Shown: positions 24,682-36,985 of the stretch, piece after piece
Numbering within the stretch: the stretch's first letter is position 1
How the letters are laid out: every line of letters begins with the position of its first letter
Source: Lama guanicoe
Lineage: Eukaryota
Assembly: GCA_013239625.1 (NCBI GenBank)
Contig: MU053376.1
Location: forward strand, 334,833 to 398,832
Length of the DNA: 64,000 nucleotides
Reading direction: 5' to 3'
Notes under the pieces: model-generated
Database searches by the model: none
What the model was told of the DNA's origin: nothing
The model's input: only the letters and a program-made list of their open reading frames with translations
Program-made: the position numbers and the translations under genes

Positions 24682-27080
24682 ACAATGTACAGATTAGTTA
24701 AGTTATATACACAAATACAATTTTAGCTATAAAGTCCCAACAAACTGGTTACATTTAAATCATTGAATCTGTAGAAGCCAATTCAGAAGTCTTCTAGTCC
24801 CCTAACTTCACCTTCCTTAAATTATAAAAAAATAAAATCTGACAATTCTGACTTCAAGTTAAAGATGAAGAGATGGTGTTATCACATTTCAGCACTCAGA
24901 AAAGGAAATTTTACTTGTCTGTACAAAGCCTTTCTTTCATATGCTACATTGATACTTAAAGCACCATTGCAAGACTTTAAATTGTGTAAAATGTTCAATT
25001 AAAACGTCCAAGGATTTTTCTTTTTAAGATTGTAAAGGTTTAACTTTGTTCTAACAACCAGGACTGGGACGAAATAGAATTGTTTTTCTCCTTGTCCAAC
25101 TTTAAAATGGTCCCTTTTGTCCCTCTCATCACCATCTGATCACTTCTTTTAAAAGAGGGTAGTAAATAGGCGAATTCTTCATCAAGCTTTTACTTATTTG
25201 GCAGTGAGGTTGGAATGCCAAGGGAACAGTTCTCCAAACTGCAGTAAATGTAAATGATCCCATTCTTTTCACATACGCAGAGGTGCAAGATCTGAGAACC
25301 ACAAAACACAACCTAAGTCTCTGAAATAGTATACTTCAGCCTGGTTTTTAAAGAATACCTGCACATTTTCAACATCTTTTTTTCAAGGCAAATGATGCCT
25401 TCTTTCCAACTTGACACAGCTGGTGTCTGAAAAGTAGCCTGTTTTCATGGTGTTATACCAGACTCTGCAGAGGCATCCTCTATGGTTACCTAACGTGGAG
25501 GTGCACAAAACGCATTAAGGACTTGGCAAAAATCTGACCAAACTTCATATTGTTGTTGCATATAATATATATGTATATATATTAAGACTAGAGAGTTTTT
25601 AGAGCAAACCAAATGGAAATAAAATCATGACCAGGTAGATTATAAACTGAGGTAGTAACCCTGCAAGCACTTCTGATGAAAACTTTGTCCCTACTCTGAA
25701 CAAGTTCAAAATTAAGAGGTCTACTGTTTTCCATTACCTGTGACAGGAGCCACATGAAGTAAAAACAGACCATAAAGGAGCTGGTTGACATCCCCTCACC
25801 CTAACAAAGCACATCACGCAGAGCTAAATAAACCAAGCACAACCAGTTACTGCAAAAACTTCGATCCAGAAGTAAACTCTGGGTTAAAGATAGTAAGACT
25901 TTCTGTTTGTTAAATCCATAGTTCGATCCTTTTCTTAATGCACAGGCCTTGCCATTACTTTTCTCATTATTAAAACAGGAGAACCCAGTAAACTTAGATA
26001 TTGACTGAAGTCTATCTTTTACATTTCAAACTAGAAATTCAGAACTGCCCATTACCAAGTTCACAGTGCCATCCTGACAGGTATAAAAAGTGACCGTGCT
26101 GAGGCATGTCAGTAACACTGGTTTTCTGCTGAGAGCATATTCGACAAAACCAAATTGCTCTGAGATGTCTTCCATCTTCTTCCTAGGGAAATTCCGAGCT
26201 TTTAAATTTAAAAAATAGATGACTATGATGTAATTATTACTTTCTGGAGTCTTTTAGTTTCTACCTGTTAAAGACACAAAGAACCACTCAAGTGGGAACT
26301 ACAATAACCTACACAGAACCCTCTCCAAAAGACAGTTTGCACAGAAATTAAATACATCAGATGTTAAAATTTGGCAGAAAGATGCAGCTCTCCCAAAGTA
26401 GCAGAAAGTACTGCACATGTAGGTTTTGTGGCAGTCCTTGGAACTATCTCAGGTAGAGCTTAACCTAGAAATAAAAATCCACCATACATTTTCAACCAAA
26501 ATCATTTTTAGAAGGAAAAAAAAAAAACAGTGATACAAGATAATGTACTTTAAGTTGGTAGTATATACAAGATTATTTTCTTGGTCTTAAGGTAGAAGGG
26601 CCAAATTACTGAAATAAAAAAATATGGAGAAAACATAAAAGCCCATTAATTTCAGAATATTCGGGATGGGAGGAGACGAGCCCAAAGTTTTTAGACAGGT
26701 ACACATCATTTAAATTAGAATGGAAAACAGGCTTTGAACCTTATAAATATTGTTTCCCAAGAAAATAAGTATCAAAAGTGCAAAATTACACCTTAAGAGG
26801 TCCCCTTTTCACTTCAGCAAGCAAACAACATTTAAAAACACATCCAACTAAATCAAAAAAGGGAGGATTAGAAATCACATCACCTCATCCTTCATTATCA
26901 GGGATCCACTTCAAACCTGGATATTTCTGAGTGGGATATGTTGCAAAAAAATATTAAACTAGGTCATTGGATCCAAGTTGCATATCCTCTTAAAAAAAAA
27001 AGTCAAAGGACAGCTGCCAATTCTTGTTTTTAGAAGAAACCTCTCAAGTAAGAGGTAGTGTATGCTAGGGCAAAAGGCTG

Positions 27081-27311
<231 letters not shown>

Positions 27312-27413
27312 CTACAAAGACATAGACTAATTTTAATCTCAAATATAACAGAAGTAAAAAAAAGAGTTTCTAACTGACTAGATGGCATCTGAATCAAACA
27401 GCAGGCAAATGCT

Positions 27414-27462
27414 ACTTACTTACACACTTACACTTACACACACACACACACATACACACACA
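27414..27462. repeat. (CA)n microsatellite with ACTTAC units
   Basis: Directly visible; reads (TG)n plus GTAAGT repeats on the sense strand. Confidence 0.9.
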
Positions 27463-28264
27463 GTCCCATTCCCTCAGCCACCATCCTGCCAACCCCACCT
27501 ACCCCCTCCTGGCTTTGGTGTTAATATCATGAATCCAGATGGGGAACTGAAGCCTTCCTGATGTTATTATTCCTTACTATTTTTTAATCCCTAGGGAAAT
27601 CAGTTTTGTGATACTCTTCCAAAAAGGACAAATGTTTCCAAACAAAATATTTCAGAAACATTCAGGAATCTGAAGTCAGTGCTTTTATTACAGCACAAAA
27701 GCTTTAACAAGATCTTCACTTACTCCTATTCTTCCTTTTTCCAAAAAAATTTCACTTTTTGATCCTTTCCAGTTTTTGAATCATGAAACATGTAGTATTA
27801 TTCTTATTACTTTTGTAATCAGAATACAGAAGAGTAATTTAGTAAACAAGGTGCAGCAAAATTAACATATCTTTAAGGTTATGTTACTATGAGAAACTTT
27901 AGTTAAGACAAAACCCTCTTTGTATTCCTTCTCAATATGCCATCACTATATATACATGAAACTGTGAATTTTAAAATATACATGATCATATGTAAAAGTG
28001 ACAGTCCCTTTTAATCCCTACTTAGTCTCTAATATAGAAGTTTCTTTCTAAAATATCACAATTCAAAAGTAAATACTTGTTTTAAAGTATATTCAATAGT
28101 TACATCAGCTCATCCCACTGTGGCCTACAACTTTCATTCCCTTTACATCAGGCCCAGAAATGCCCCCGGGGACAATTAGCACGGACGTAACACCTTACAA
28201 CACCTTACTAGGTATTACGTTCTAGCGTTACTCATTCACGGAGTCACCGAGATAAACAACAACA

Positions 28265-28500
28265 ACAAACATTTATACAGTGGTTACCATATGCAGGCTC
28301 TTTTCGAAGTACCTAATAATTTTTACCTCACTTAATCCTCGTTATCAACCCTATACTATGGTCCATATTATCCTCATCTCCATTGTACAGATTAAGGAAA
28401 CCAAGGTAGACAGGTTAACTGACTTGTTCAAATCACACAGCTTCTATGGGGAACAATCAGGATTCAAACCCTGAGTGTGGCTCCACAAATCTGCACCACG
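28265..28500 (-). mobile_element. MIR in PPP1R15B intron
   Basis: CTCCATTGTACAGATTAAGGAAACCAAGG..GGTTAACTGACTTGTTCAAATCACACAGC. Confidence 0.7.
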
Positions 28501-30200
28501 TCACATGCCATGACACAGCATGTTAAACTCCCAGATCTGAAAGCCTCATTCTGAGAATAAGGCACTATTCATTATTCCCATATACCTTAAGGATGGCATG
28601 GAGACAAGGACTGCTAAACAATTTTATCATATTTTAGATACAGTCTTTCATAAATGTTGCTTGTAATTCATGGTAATATTCTCACACCTACTTGACTCAT
28701 CTCACTTCTATTCAATGAGCAAGCTACAATGAGACATGAGACTGGCCTGAGGTCCTGGAACAGTAGGAGCTACCATTTAAAGGCAAGGCAAATGATTATA
28801 AGCTGTACTTACTCACCTCATTTAAATTGTGCACTAATTCACACAATAGTTGTTATGATTATTCTTATTACCTTCAGATAAATAAGCGAGTCAAAGCTAT
28901 GAGAGGTCAAGTTACTGTCTTCCCAAAGCTCTTGGCCCTAACCACTCAGGAGAAAGGGGACACAGGTCTCCAGGGGCCAAGTGCTCATTCCAGTGTCCCT
29001 CTTTGTTTCTTATCTATTCACTAAATAGGTCATTTTGTCAGGAAGCTTTGAAAAATATAGAGGAAAAATTCTTTTATGATAGCATTTACAATAGTAGGAA
29101 CTAAAATTTAATTTCTAATATGACTTATTCTGCTTCTACAGGTAAGACACAAGATTACCACCATTTAGGGACACTTTCTACCCCAAGAAGAGTTTCAGAG
29201 TATTAAACTGGTCACTTGGAGCTAATGGATTATGGTGCTGTCCACTGGAAACTTTGATGCTGCAGATTCTGAGGTCAATAATTTACCCACTCCTTTCTCT
29301 TTCCAAATAAAGGTCCAGGAAACTAAAGAAACTTTCCCTCCACAATAAAAGAACTCTTGTGTGTTTGGGGGGATTTCTCTCCAATCAATAACTTTAGCTG
29401 AATAAACAACAGAGAAAAAAATCAAGCAATTCAAAAAGACTCCCAAAATAAGGCTAACTTGACAATGTGTCGGAAGAGTAAAATAAAATGCTCCATGAAG
29501 TTCTAAGACTAGCCTGGGAATAGGAAGCAATTACTCAACGTAAACCAAATAAGTGACCATCATTGCTACAAATGATGTCGTTGGCCAATGATAACTAGTA
29601 CTGCTTTGTTAAGAAAAGGCAATACTATTTTCTGTACTGTTTTTGACTGTCAAGTCAAAACCCAGATGTCCAAAAGTTGTTAATGCTGAGATTAGTATTT
29701 TCTTTCATGGCAAATAATCAGACAAATTTGACTTGGCTACTTGGCACCATCATCCCTTCAGACTTTAATAGACAGGAGTGAAGACACTGTTATCATGTTA
29801 TGTGAAAGAAACAGTGTCTGCAAACAACACAAAACATTTAATACCACTTAAAAACTCTATGGCTATAATAGGACTTCTCGATCTCTAGAATTAAATCATA
29901 CATACGTAAAGTTTAATTTTTCTATTCCTTAAAAAAAGTGAAGTGGAAGCTTGGAGGAAAACAGTCCAGAGTTGCCAACCCAAAAGAAAACAGCACTTTG
30001 CAGCTAAAACCTACACAATGGGGTCTTTGATTCAGACAGAAACAACACTCTATGGGTGGGAAAAGGGGGGAGGTCATCTCTCAATGCAAGTGCATGGGCT
30101 CAGAGTCCTTCCTCACAACGTCCTACGACGTCCCATGCTGCTACACTTAACGTGCCAGAACAGGCAACACACATGATCGTGTTAAAGGAAAGAAACCAAC

Positions 30201-32126
30201 CTTTTTTCTCTGGATTTGTGTGTGTCTTTCTCCAGAAAGAACCCCACCCTGCACCGAGTCTGGACATTCACTTTCTCGGCTCCCTACCAGTTGCACCTTA
30301 CAGGAAAGTAAGGTGTGACAGTCAGAAATGGCCACAATGGACTCAGATGGCCTCTCTGAGTCACAACAGCCTGTCCAATTTTTCCCTGATGTTTGAAAAG
30401 GAGCCTTAAAGTTTAGAAGGTTGTAGGGGTCATCGGAATTACAGAAAGAATTCCACAGTTTGAGATTCTCTGCTTCATCTGCACTAGATTCCCAGTCATC
30501 TTCCTCCCCAGAATTATGGTCGGGAGACTCAGGAAGGCTTCCAGTCTGGGGAGAACTTTCTAGATCAGACTTGTCAGACAAATCCTTCTCTGAGTCAGAA
30601 GGGTCTCCGGGAAGAGTTCTGGCAGCAGTCTGAATGGTTGCTGTGAAGTTCTGGGGATTATAAGGATCTACACTGTAGAAAGAGTTCCAGAGGTGGAGCC
30701 CTTCTGAATCCTGTTCAAGGTCTGATTCTGAGAGGGAGCTATCACTATCGAAACCATCATCCTCGGCTTCTTCATCCCAGTCCTCACCTTCGGAATCAGA
30801 ACTTGTTTCCAGGTCACTGACTGCACCTCCCAAAATGTAGTCTATCAGTCTGTTAGTACAGACTGGTCTGGTAGACGTGGGGAGGTCATCTTCCATGTCT
30901 GAGGAGTCAACTACACTTATTTGGTCCTCTCCAGGCTCCTGTTCCGTAGGAACCTCACAAGATGGACAGCTTTCCAAGGGGCCCTGTCTTTCCAAAGCAA
31001 GTGGAACCTCTTTAGTCAACAAATCTATTTTTTCCCCAGCGAGTTCCTGGGAGGTTCCAGGAACGGCTCCAGCAGCGGGAACACACTGTGGCGGACAATC
31101 TCCGCGGGGCTTCAGATCCAGCCGGAGAAGGCTGTGCTCCTCCTCCAGGCTGTGGTAGCCGTGATCTTGGTCGGGGGAGGGTAACGCTTGGTGGCCCTTG
31201 CTGGCCTGCTGAAGGAATTCCAGCCGCTTCATGCGGAGATGGTGGATTTCTGGCAGGCCTTCTCTAGAGAGAGGCGGACATCCCTGCCAAGAGGCGCGAG
31301 CGACTTCCGCGTTCAGCGGCTGGGGATGAGACGGGGCCTCACCCAAGCAGCCGCTCTCCGGGGTCAGCGTCTGGAAGTCGACCAGCTCGCCACTTCCAAC
31401 GCTGCTCTGATAGCTAAGCTCGACCCGGGGCAGGCAGTCCAGAGAAGAGGGGTTCAGCAAACAGGTCACGACGTTGACATTGCTTAAGCGTTGGACGCTG
31501 AGAGGCCCGGAGGGCGAAAGGCCAAGTTCCATGTCCGAGAACAGACGGGCTTGAAGGTTACTGGGCAGCAGCTCCACTCCCCACAGCTGCTGCTCCAGGA
31601 GAAAAGCGTGGGCTTGGGAGTCCAAGCCTCCTCTCTTGGCTTTAAGTTCCAATTCTAGATCTGGGGGCGAACACTGCCAGTGGATGCCCTCCTCCAGCCA
31701 ATCAAGGGGACTGGCAGCCGCGCCGTCCGAGGGGTCTAGCCGCAGCGAATTCAGGGATTTCTGCGCCGTGGGGGCGGCGGGTTCCTCCCGTACCCTCAAG
31801 GCTCTCAGGGCGCCGTAGCCTGCTGCAAAATCTAGCCATCGGGTGGGAATCATCCCACCGAAAAGCTGGCTCCAGATGAGAAGCTTCTGAAGCAAGCCCG
31901 GGAGCGGCGCGAAGAGCTGGGAGAGCAGATTCATCCAGGAGCTGCTCCGAGCCTCGGGCGCAGGAGAGAAAGCCAGTTTGGGGTCCCCGGGGTGCTCCGG
32001 GGCAGGAGGGGCGGGGAACTTGGAAGGGCCTGCTTGCGAGCGCCGAGGAAGGAAAAAGGGCAGCCGGAACCAGGAGTCCGCCGGCGCGGCGGCGCGTGCC
32101 CGCCGGCCGTCGGCTGCCGGCTCCAT
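30201..32126 (-). CDS. PPP1R15B: PPP1R15B (CReP) exon 1 coding part, 642 codons; full protein 718 aa
   Basis: The true ATG is at 32126 (the ORF track starts at the preceding GTG), in strong Kozak context GTGATGG. Donor AAG|GTTGGT. Contains hallmark motifs [31 protein letters not shown] and LWNSF..DPYN; the KVTF PP1 motif is formed by the splice junction. Confidence 0.97.
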
Positions 32127-32201
32127 CACCGCGTTCTCGGCCGGCTCTCAGGGAGGGACGCGGGGCTCCGCGGCGGGAGGCCGGGCGGGACTCCAAGAGG
32201 C

Positions 32202-32357
32202 CTAAACAGTCTCGGCCTTGCCCAGCGGCGGGGTTGGCGCCCCAGGCCGAGCCCCGGGCCAGCAGAAGAGCCACAGAGGAGAGCGGCTTCGGCCGCGGGC
32301 GGCAGACCACAGTCCGGAACGGCAGGCGCAGGCCGCGGAGGCTGAGGCGACGTCCAT
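32202..32357 (-). promoter_or_regulatory. PPP1R15B uORF2, 51 aa (MDVASASAACACRSGLWSAARGRSRSPLWLFCWPGARPGAPTPPLGKAETV*)
   Basis: ATG in strong context (AGGATGG). TAG at 32202-32204, 75 nt before the main ATG. Translated by hand. Confidence 0.8.
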
Positions 32358-32377
32358 CCTGGCGGAAAGGCGGTGTC

Positions 32378-32404
32378 CTAGTCCGCTCGAGGACTCTTCA
32401 CCAT
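32378..32404 (-). promoter_or_regulatory. PPP1R15B uORF1, 8 aa (MVKSPRAD*)
   Basis: ATG at 32404 in weaker context (TCTATGG); TAG at 32378-32380. Confidence 0.75.
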
Positions 32405-34355
32405 AGATAAGGGCCCTCCCGCGGCAGCGGCGGCGACTTGCTGGCAGAGACGGCCCGTTGAAAAGCTCCTCAAGCAGCGCGACCCCGGAAGGGATGGGCG
32501 GGTGGGCGGGTAGGCGGGCGGGCGCGGGTGGAAGCGAAGCCCAAAATGGCCGCAGGGCCAGCGCCGAGGCAAGACACCCCCAAGCAAGCGGACGAGACGA
32601 AGGACGGCGACCGGCTACGCCACCAGCCCAGCGCCGCCGAACGTCACTCGCAGGGCCCGGCGGGCGGGTCTCTCCGCACTCTTCCGTGTGGCCGCTGATT
32701 GGCCGCGCCCCGCGTCCCTGCCGGCTTCCTTATTCTCGGAAGACCCAGCTCGCGCACAGGAGGTTGCATCAGCCGAGCTTAGGCTCTACGCATGCGCACT
32801 TGCTGCTCGGCCGTCGCCTAGGAGACCGCCCGCCCCAACCCTCTCCCCCGCCCTCAGGGCGAAAGGGAGCGGCTTGGGGAGGTGTCAGCGTTTCCAGATA
32901 ACCTGAGAATTCCCTGGAACTCTTGTAATGGCCTGATACACACCCAAGTGTATACATTTATCCTAGACTTACACATCGGGGTTCCAGTATTGTTGACTGC
33001 TAAGGAGGTCATCAACTTAGGGTCTTAGTATAGTGAAAGCTGGGCAATGCTGTGTAAATACATGTCCAGTGTTAAAAACACTAATAACGTAGGGTGAGTA
33101 ATACTAGGAGTGAAAAGTCTTGAGTGAAAAATAATTCATTCTTACGCATTCCTGTCTCTTCGGTTTTAGGGTTTCTAAATCACTATTTAGCTTTACCTAG
33201 CATCTAGCTTTGAGGTCCCACATGCATCTCCTAACGACAATGTGAACTCATGTTTCTCAGGTGGTGTCCGTGTTAATGGGGCAAACTGAAGTCACAGAGG
33301 AAGAAAGAAATGTAGCCCCCGAACCTGTTCACTGTCCTTTATACTTCCCAGCAGGCAGTATATTTCAAGTCATGTCTGTATCCTGAGCCTCTAGACCCAC
33401 AGGATAACAACACTCAAAGAAGGAAATACAGACCATTATCCTTTGAAAATACTGTATCTGATCATCTTAGTTGCTGTATTTGATTCTCTCATGTGAGTTT
33501 GGTCTTAGTTCTTGTCTTTATTTCTGCTAAAACTTTTTAATTGACACTCCAAAGTCAAGTATCTGTTACAGAGGGAGTGTAGCAGTGGAGCACTGGGGAC
33601 AGCATAAAGATGTTTTGGGAGCCAGGAGGAAGCCGGCTGCTCCTCCTGCTTTGTTAGGACTGTTCAAAGAATAGCCACCTCTTTCTAGGCAACTAAGAGG
33701 GCCTCAGTTTCTATGGTTTACCCCTTATTATCTTATTATCCACATCTCCTCTTCAATCCTAAGAACTTCAGAAAAAAAATGTATTAATAACAGGAGTAGG
33801 TTTAATAATAGACAAGAGAACGAAGTATGCAAATTAAATCATCAAAGCCTCAGTTTCTTGGTTGTAAAGTTAGGCTTATAATGCCTCCTTTAATGGGTTG
33901 GTGAGTGAACTAAATTTCCAATATCCTTCCTACCTTACCCAATATCCAATATCCTGCTGTCCCTAGAGTAGGGACACAAGCTTCAGCTACTGTTTGTTAC
34001 GTATCAGCTAACAGTTGTTTCCTGTCACCTACAGAATAAAGGCTCTGTACAGTCAGTCCTCCCACTGTATTCTTCCAGCCTTCCCATCATGCAGGTTATA
34101 ATCCCCGAATATTGGATTTGTTTCATGCCTCTATTCATGCTGTTTCTCAACCAAGAAAGCCCTTACCTCCTCTGTTATAGACCTACTCAAGGTCCTTCAC
34201 TTGTCAACACCTTCTTGAAGTCTTTGCTGACCTCCCCCATCAGAATTATATTATACTCTGTTAGAGCACTCAGCACATTACACTATATACCCCTGTAAAT
34301 GTTCTTCTCTCCTGCTGGTCTCTGCTACTCAAGGGCTGCATGCCAGTACTCAGCA

Positions 34356-34943
34356 CAGTGGTTCCCAAAGTACAGTCTGGGCACCCCTGGGATCCCATTT
34401 TGCAACCTGAGGGTCGTCAAATTCAAGTGTATTTTCATAATAATAACTGCTATTTTCCTTTTTAACTCTTATTTTCTCAAGAGCGTATGGACATGTATCT
34501 TCTAGAGGATTCATGGTACGTGACCTGGCAACAGACTGAATGCAAAAGCAGATATAAGATCCCAGATGCCCTCTTTTAAGCCAGATAGTCAAGACATTTG
34601 GAAGGAAAAAAACACAATATCATTCTTCTTGCTGAGCTTTTTTGTTTTGAAAAATAATGTTTCATTAGAAGTGTTATTCATGTTAACATGTAATGGGCTT
34701 ATTGTTTTTTTAATTAATATTTTTAAATTAATCCGTTTTGAGTTCTAAAATAATTCGATACAAATTTTTAAAAATTAAAATAAAAATAAAAAATAAATTA
34801 AATAAATATAAAAATTCAGTAAAATAAAAATTAAAAGTTAAAATAGACAGAATTCACCTAAACAAAAGTTCTTTCAGGTCCGCAACAATTCTTAAGAGTA
34901 TAAAAAGAAAGCGTCCTGACACCAAAAAGTTTAGGAACCACTG
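34356..34943. mobile_element. Non-autonomous hAT (Charlie-type) DNA transposon
   Basis: TIRs CAGTGGTTCCCAAAG / GTTTAGGAACCACTG. 8-bp TSD ACTCAGCA (34348) / ACTTAGCA (34944). Confidence 0.8.
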
Positions 34944-36559
34944 ACTTAGCATATTGACTGGTGCATAATAGGTGACTAATAAATGTTTGTTGAATGAATG
35001 GAAGGGTAATACTACTTTAAAATAATAGCACCTTCCTTATGGCCAAGCCGCTTACATTCCACTCTTACCTTTGTCACCAACACCGCATGACCATCCCCCC
35101 AACCCGGCCAAAAATAATTCCTTAAAAATTCTTGAATGGGCCTTCCCTTCCCCATCTGGCCATTGGATACATAATTTTTATTTTCCTTACCTTGGAAGTT
35201 GTTCTAAAGGGGAAAAATGCAATCATAAGTACTGGGAAGTGGTAAGAAGATGTGACTTGGCCTTTTCAGTCTGGGCAGGAAAATAAAGTGTGAAACATCC
35301 TACGCAAGCCTGCTATCAACGAGGCTGTGGAGCGAGGGCAGCTCTGTACACAGAGATAACACTGGGTTGCCAGGGCTGTGTGCCTTCTGGGGAAGACAAG
35401 AAGTCTTTGGACCGCCAAGCTGTCTAGCATTTTGGCGGAAGATACTTTAAACCTCAGTTAATTATGTTTATTTTTAAATTTTATTTATTTATTTTTAATT
35501 ATGTTTACTTTAACAGGTTTTGTAGGGCCTGAGGTATATAGCTTTTCATTTCATCTTTCAGAGTCAGTACCACCTCCAAAATTTTCTTTCTACGTATCCT
35601 ACGCCCTCGAAACCACCTCCTATCTTTCCAACTCTCTGCCTTGGAATCCCTAGTCAGCGACTTATCAACCCCAAGAAACCTCCAAGCCATTGCCACTACC
35701 ACCTTTTTTGTGATTCATCACCCTCCTTCACATCCCTCCTTACCTACTGTGAATTACATGGTCCGCTATTAAAATTACCCCCTTGCAACGCCCCTTCATC
35801 CTCTTGCTCTTCTCAGACTCCATTATTCTTCTCTGGTAAAATTCCAACCCTAGTTAAGCCCTGCTGTCCACTGACTCTGCGCCTACACCCTTGCCGTTAG
35901 TCACTGCCAGAGAAAAGCATTCAAACATGGCCACTGACTCACTTTATATTTGTGATGACAAATTTCATCCACGGCAGACACTCCTAGACAGCTCCTTAGT
36001 AGCTTTGCATCTGCTACACTGAGACTGCCTCAGGATGTTTCTTTATTCAAATTTCCTGCATGCCTGTAAACATTCTCAGCTGATGGTCATACCTCATACT
36101 TCACTGAGAAGCTAGATGCAGTTGGTCATAAACAACCTTATCTTTCCACCACCAAATCCACCAATCAACCTGCATCTGGACCCACCTACTTTGTAATGAT
36201 CCCATTAGAAGCAAAGAAGCCTACTGGATCCTATACCTTCAAGTCTATTCAAGGAATTCTGACCTCCCTTGTCCCCGTTCTGTAACATACAGTTTTCTCT
36301 CTTAGGCTACTGGAGTACTCACATTAACGGGTTAGTATCACCTATCTTAAAAATTAAAAACTCCCTAGGTAGGTGGCCCTCCAAGTTTCTGTACCACTAC
36401 CGCAAAATTACTCCAGAGTTGTCCACACACTTTCTCTGCACCTGTTCTGTTCTCAAGCTACTCCAGTGTGGTTTCCATCCCCAACACGTATTCAAACAGC
36501 TCTTATCAAGATCACCAAGAACATTTTGCCAAATCCAGTTCTCTGACTTGTGGGTTCAT

Positions 36560-36985
36560 GTGTGCTCCCCTAAAAGATCTTCAACCGCCCAGAACCTGTG
36601 AATGTGACCTTATTTGGAAATACAGTCTTTGTAAGTTAAGATGAGGTCTTCAGGGTTGCCCCTAATCCAGTATGACTGTGTCCTTATACAAAGCGGAAAT
36701 CTGAACACAGACACACGCACACACGCATAGGGAAAACACCATGCGAACCTGAAGGTGGAGCCTGGGGTGATGTATCTACAAGCCAAGGAATGCGAAAGAT
36801 GGCCAGCAAACCACCAGAAACCAGGAAAAGGCATGGAACAGATTTGCCTTCTCAACACTCAGAAGGAACCAACCCTGCCGACACCTTGACCTTGCGCTTC
36901 TGGCATCCAGAACTATGAGAAAATTAATTCCTTTTGTTTAAGCCGCCCAGCCTGTGGGCCTTTGTTAGAGCAGCCCTAGGATACT
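36560..36985 (+). mobile_element. MLT1 solo LTR within L2 remnants
   Basis: GAACCTGTGAATGTGACCTTATTTGGAAAT..CCCTAATCCAGTATGACTGTGTCCTTATA..AACCAACCCTGCCGACACCTTGA. Confidence 0.85.

Larger units (their letters stand above)
24290..27080 (-). other. PPP1R15B: PPP1R15B 3' UTR (distal end inferred)
   Basis: Repeat-free AU-rich sequence after the stop codon. AATAAA on the minus strand at 24676-24681 and 24309-24314. Confidence 0.65.
31700..32900 (-). promoter_or_regulatory. PPP1R15B CpG-island promoter; TSS probably near 32547
   Basis: YY1/initiator-like GCCATTTTGG at 32541-32550, CRE half-site at 32641-32646, CCAAT at 32698-32702, NRF1-like ACGCATGCGCA at 32788-32798, and GC boxes. Confidence 0.8.

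Noticed and set aside
25460..25475. CTGCAG as a possible IRE1/RIDD cleavage site in PPP1R15B mRNA
   Set aside because: I could not find a convincing flanking stem by eye.
30147..32129. PPP1R15B as a single-exon 660-aa gene, as in the ORF track
   Set aside because: The track starts at GTG and reads into the intron. The canonical protein starts at 32126 and needs exon 2.
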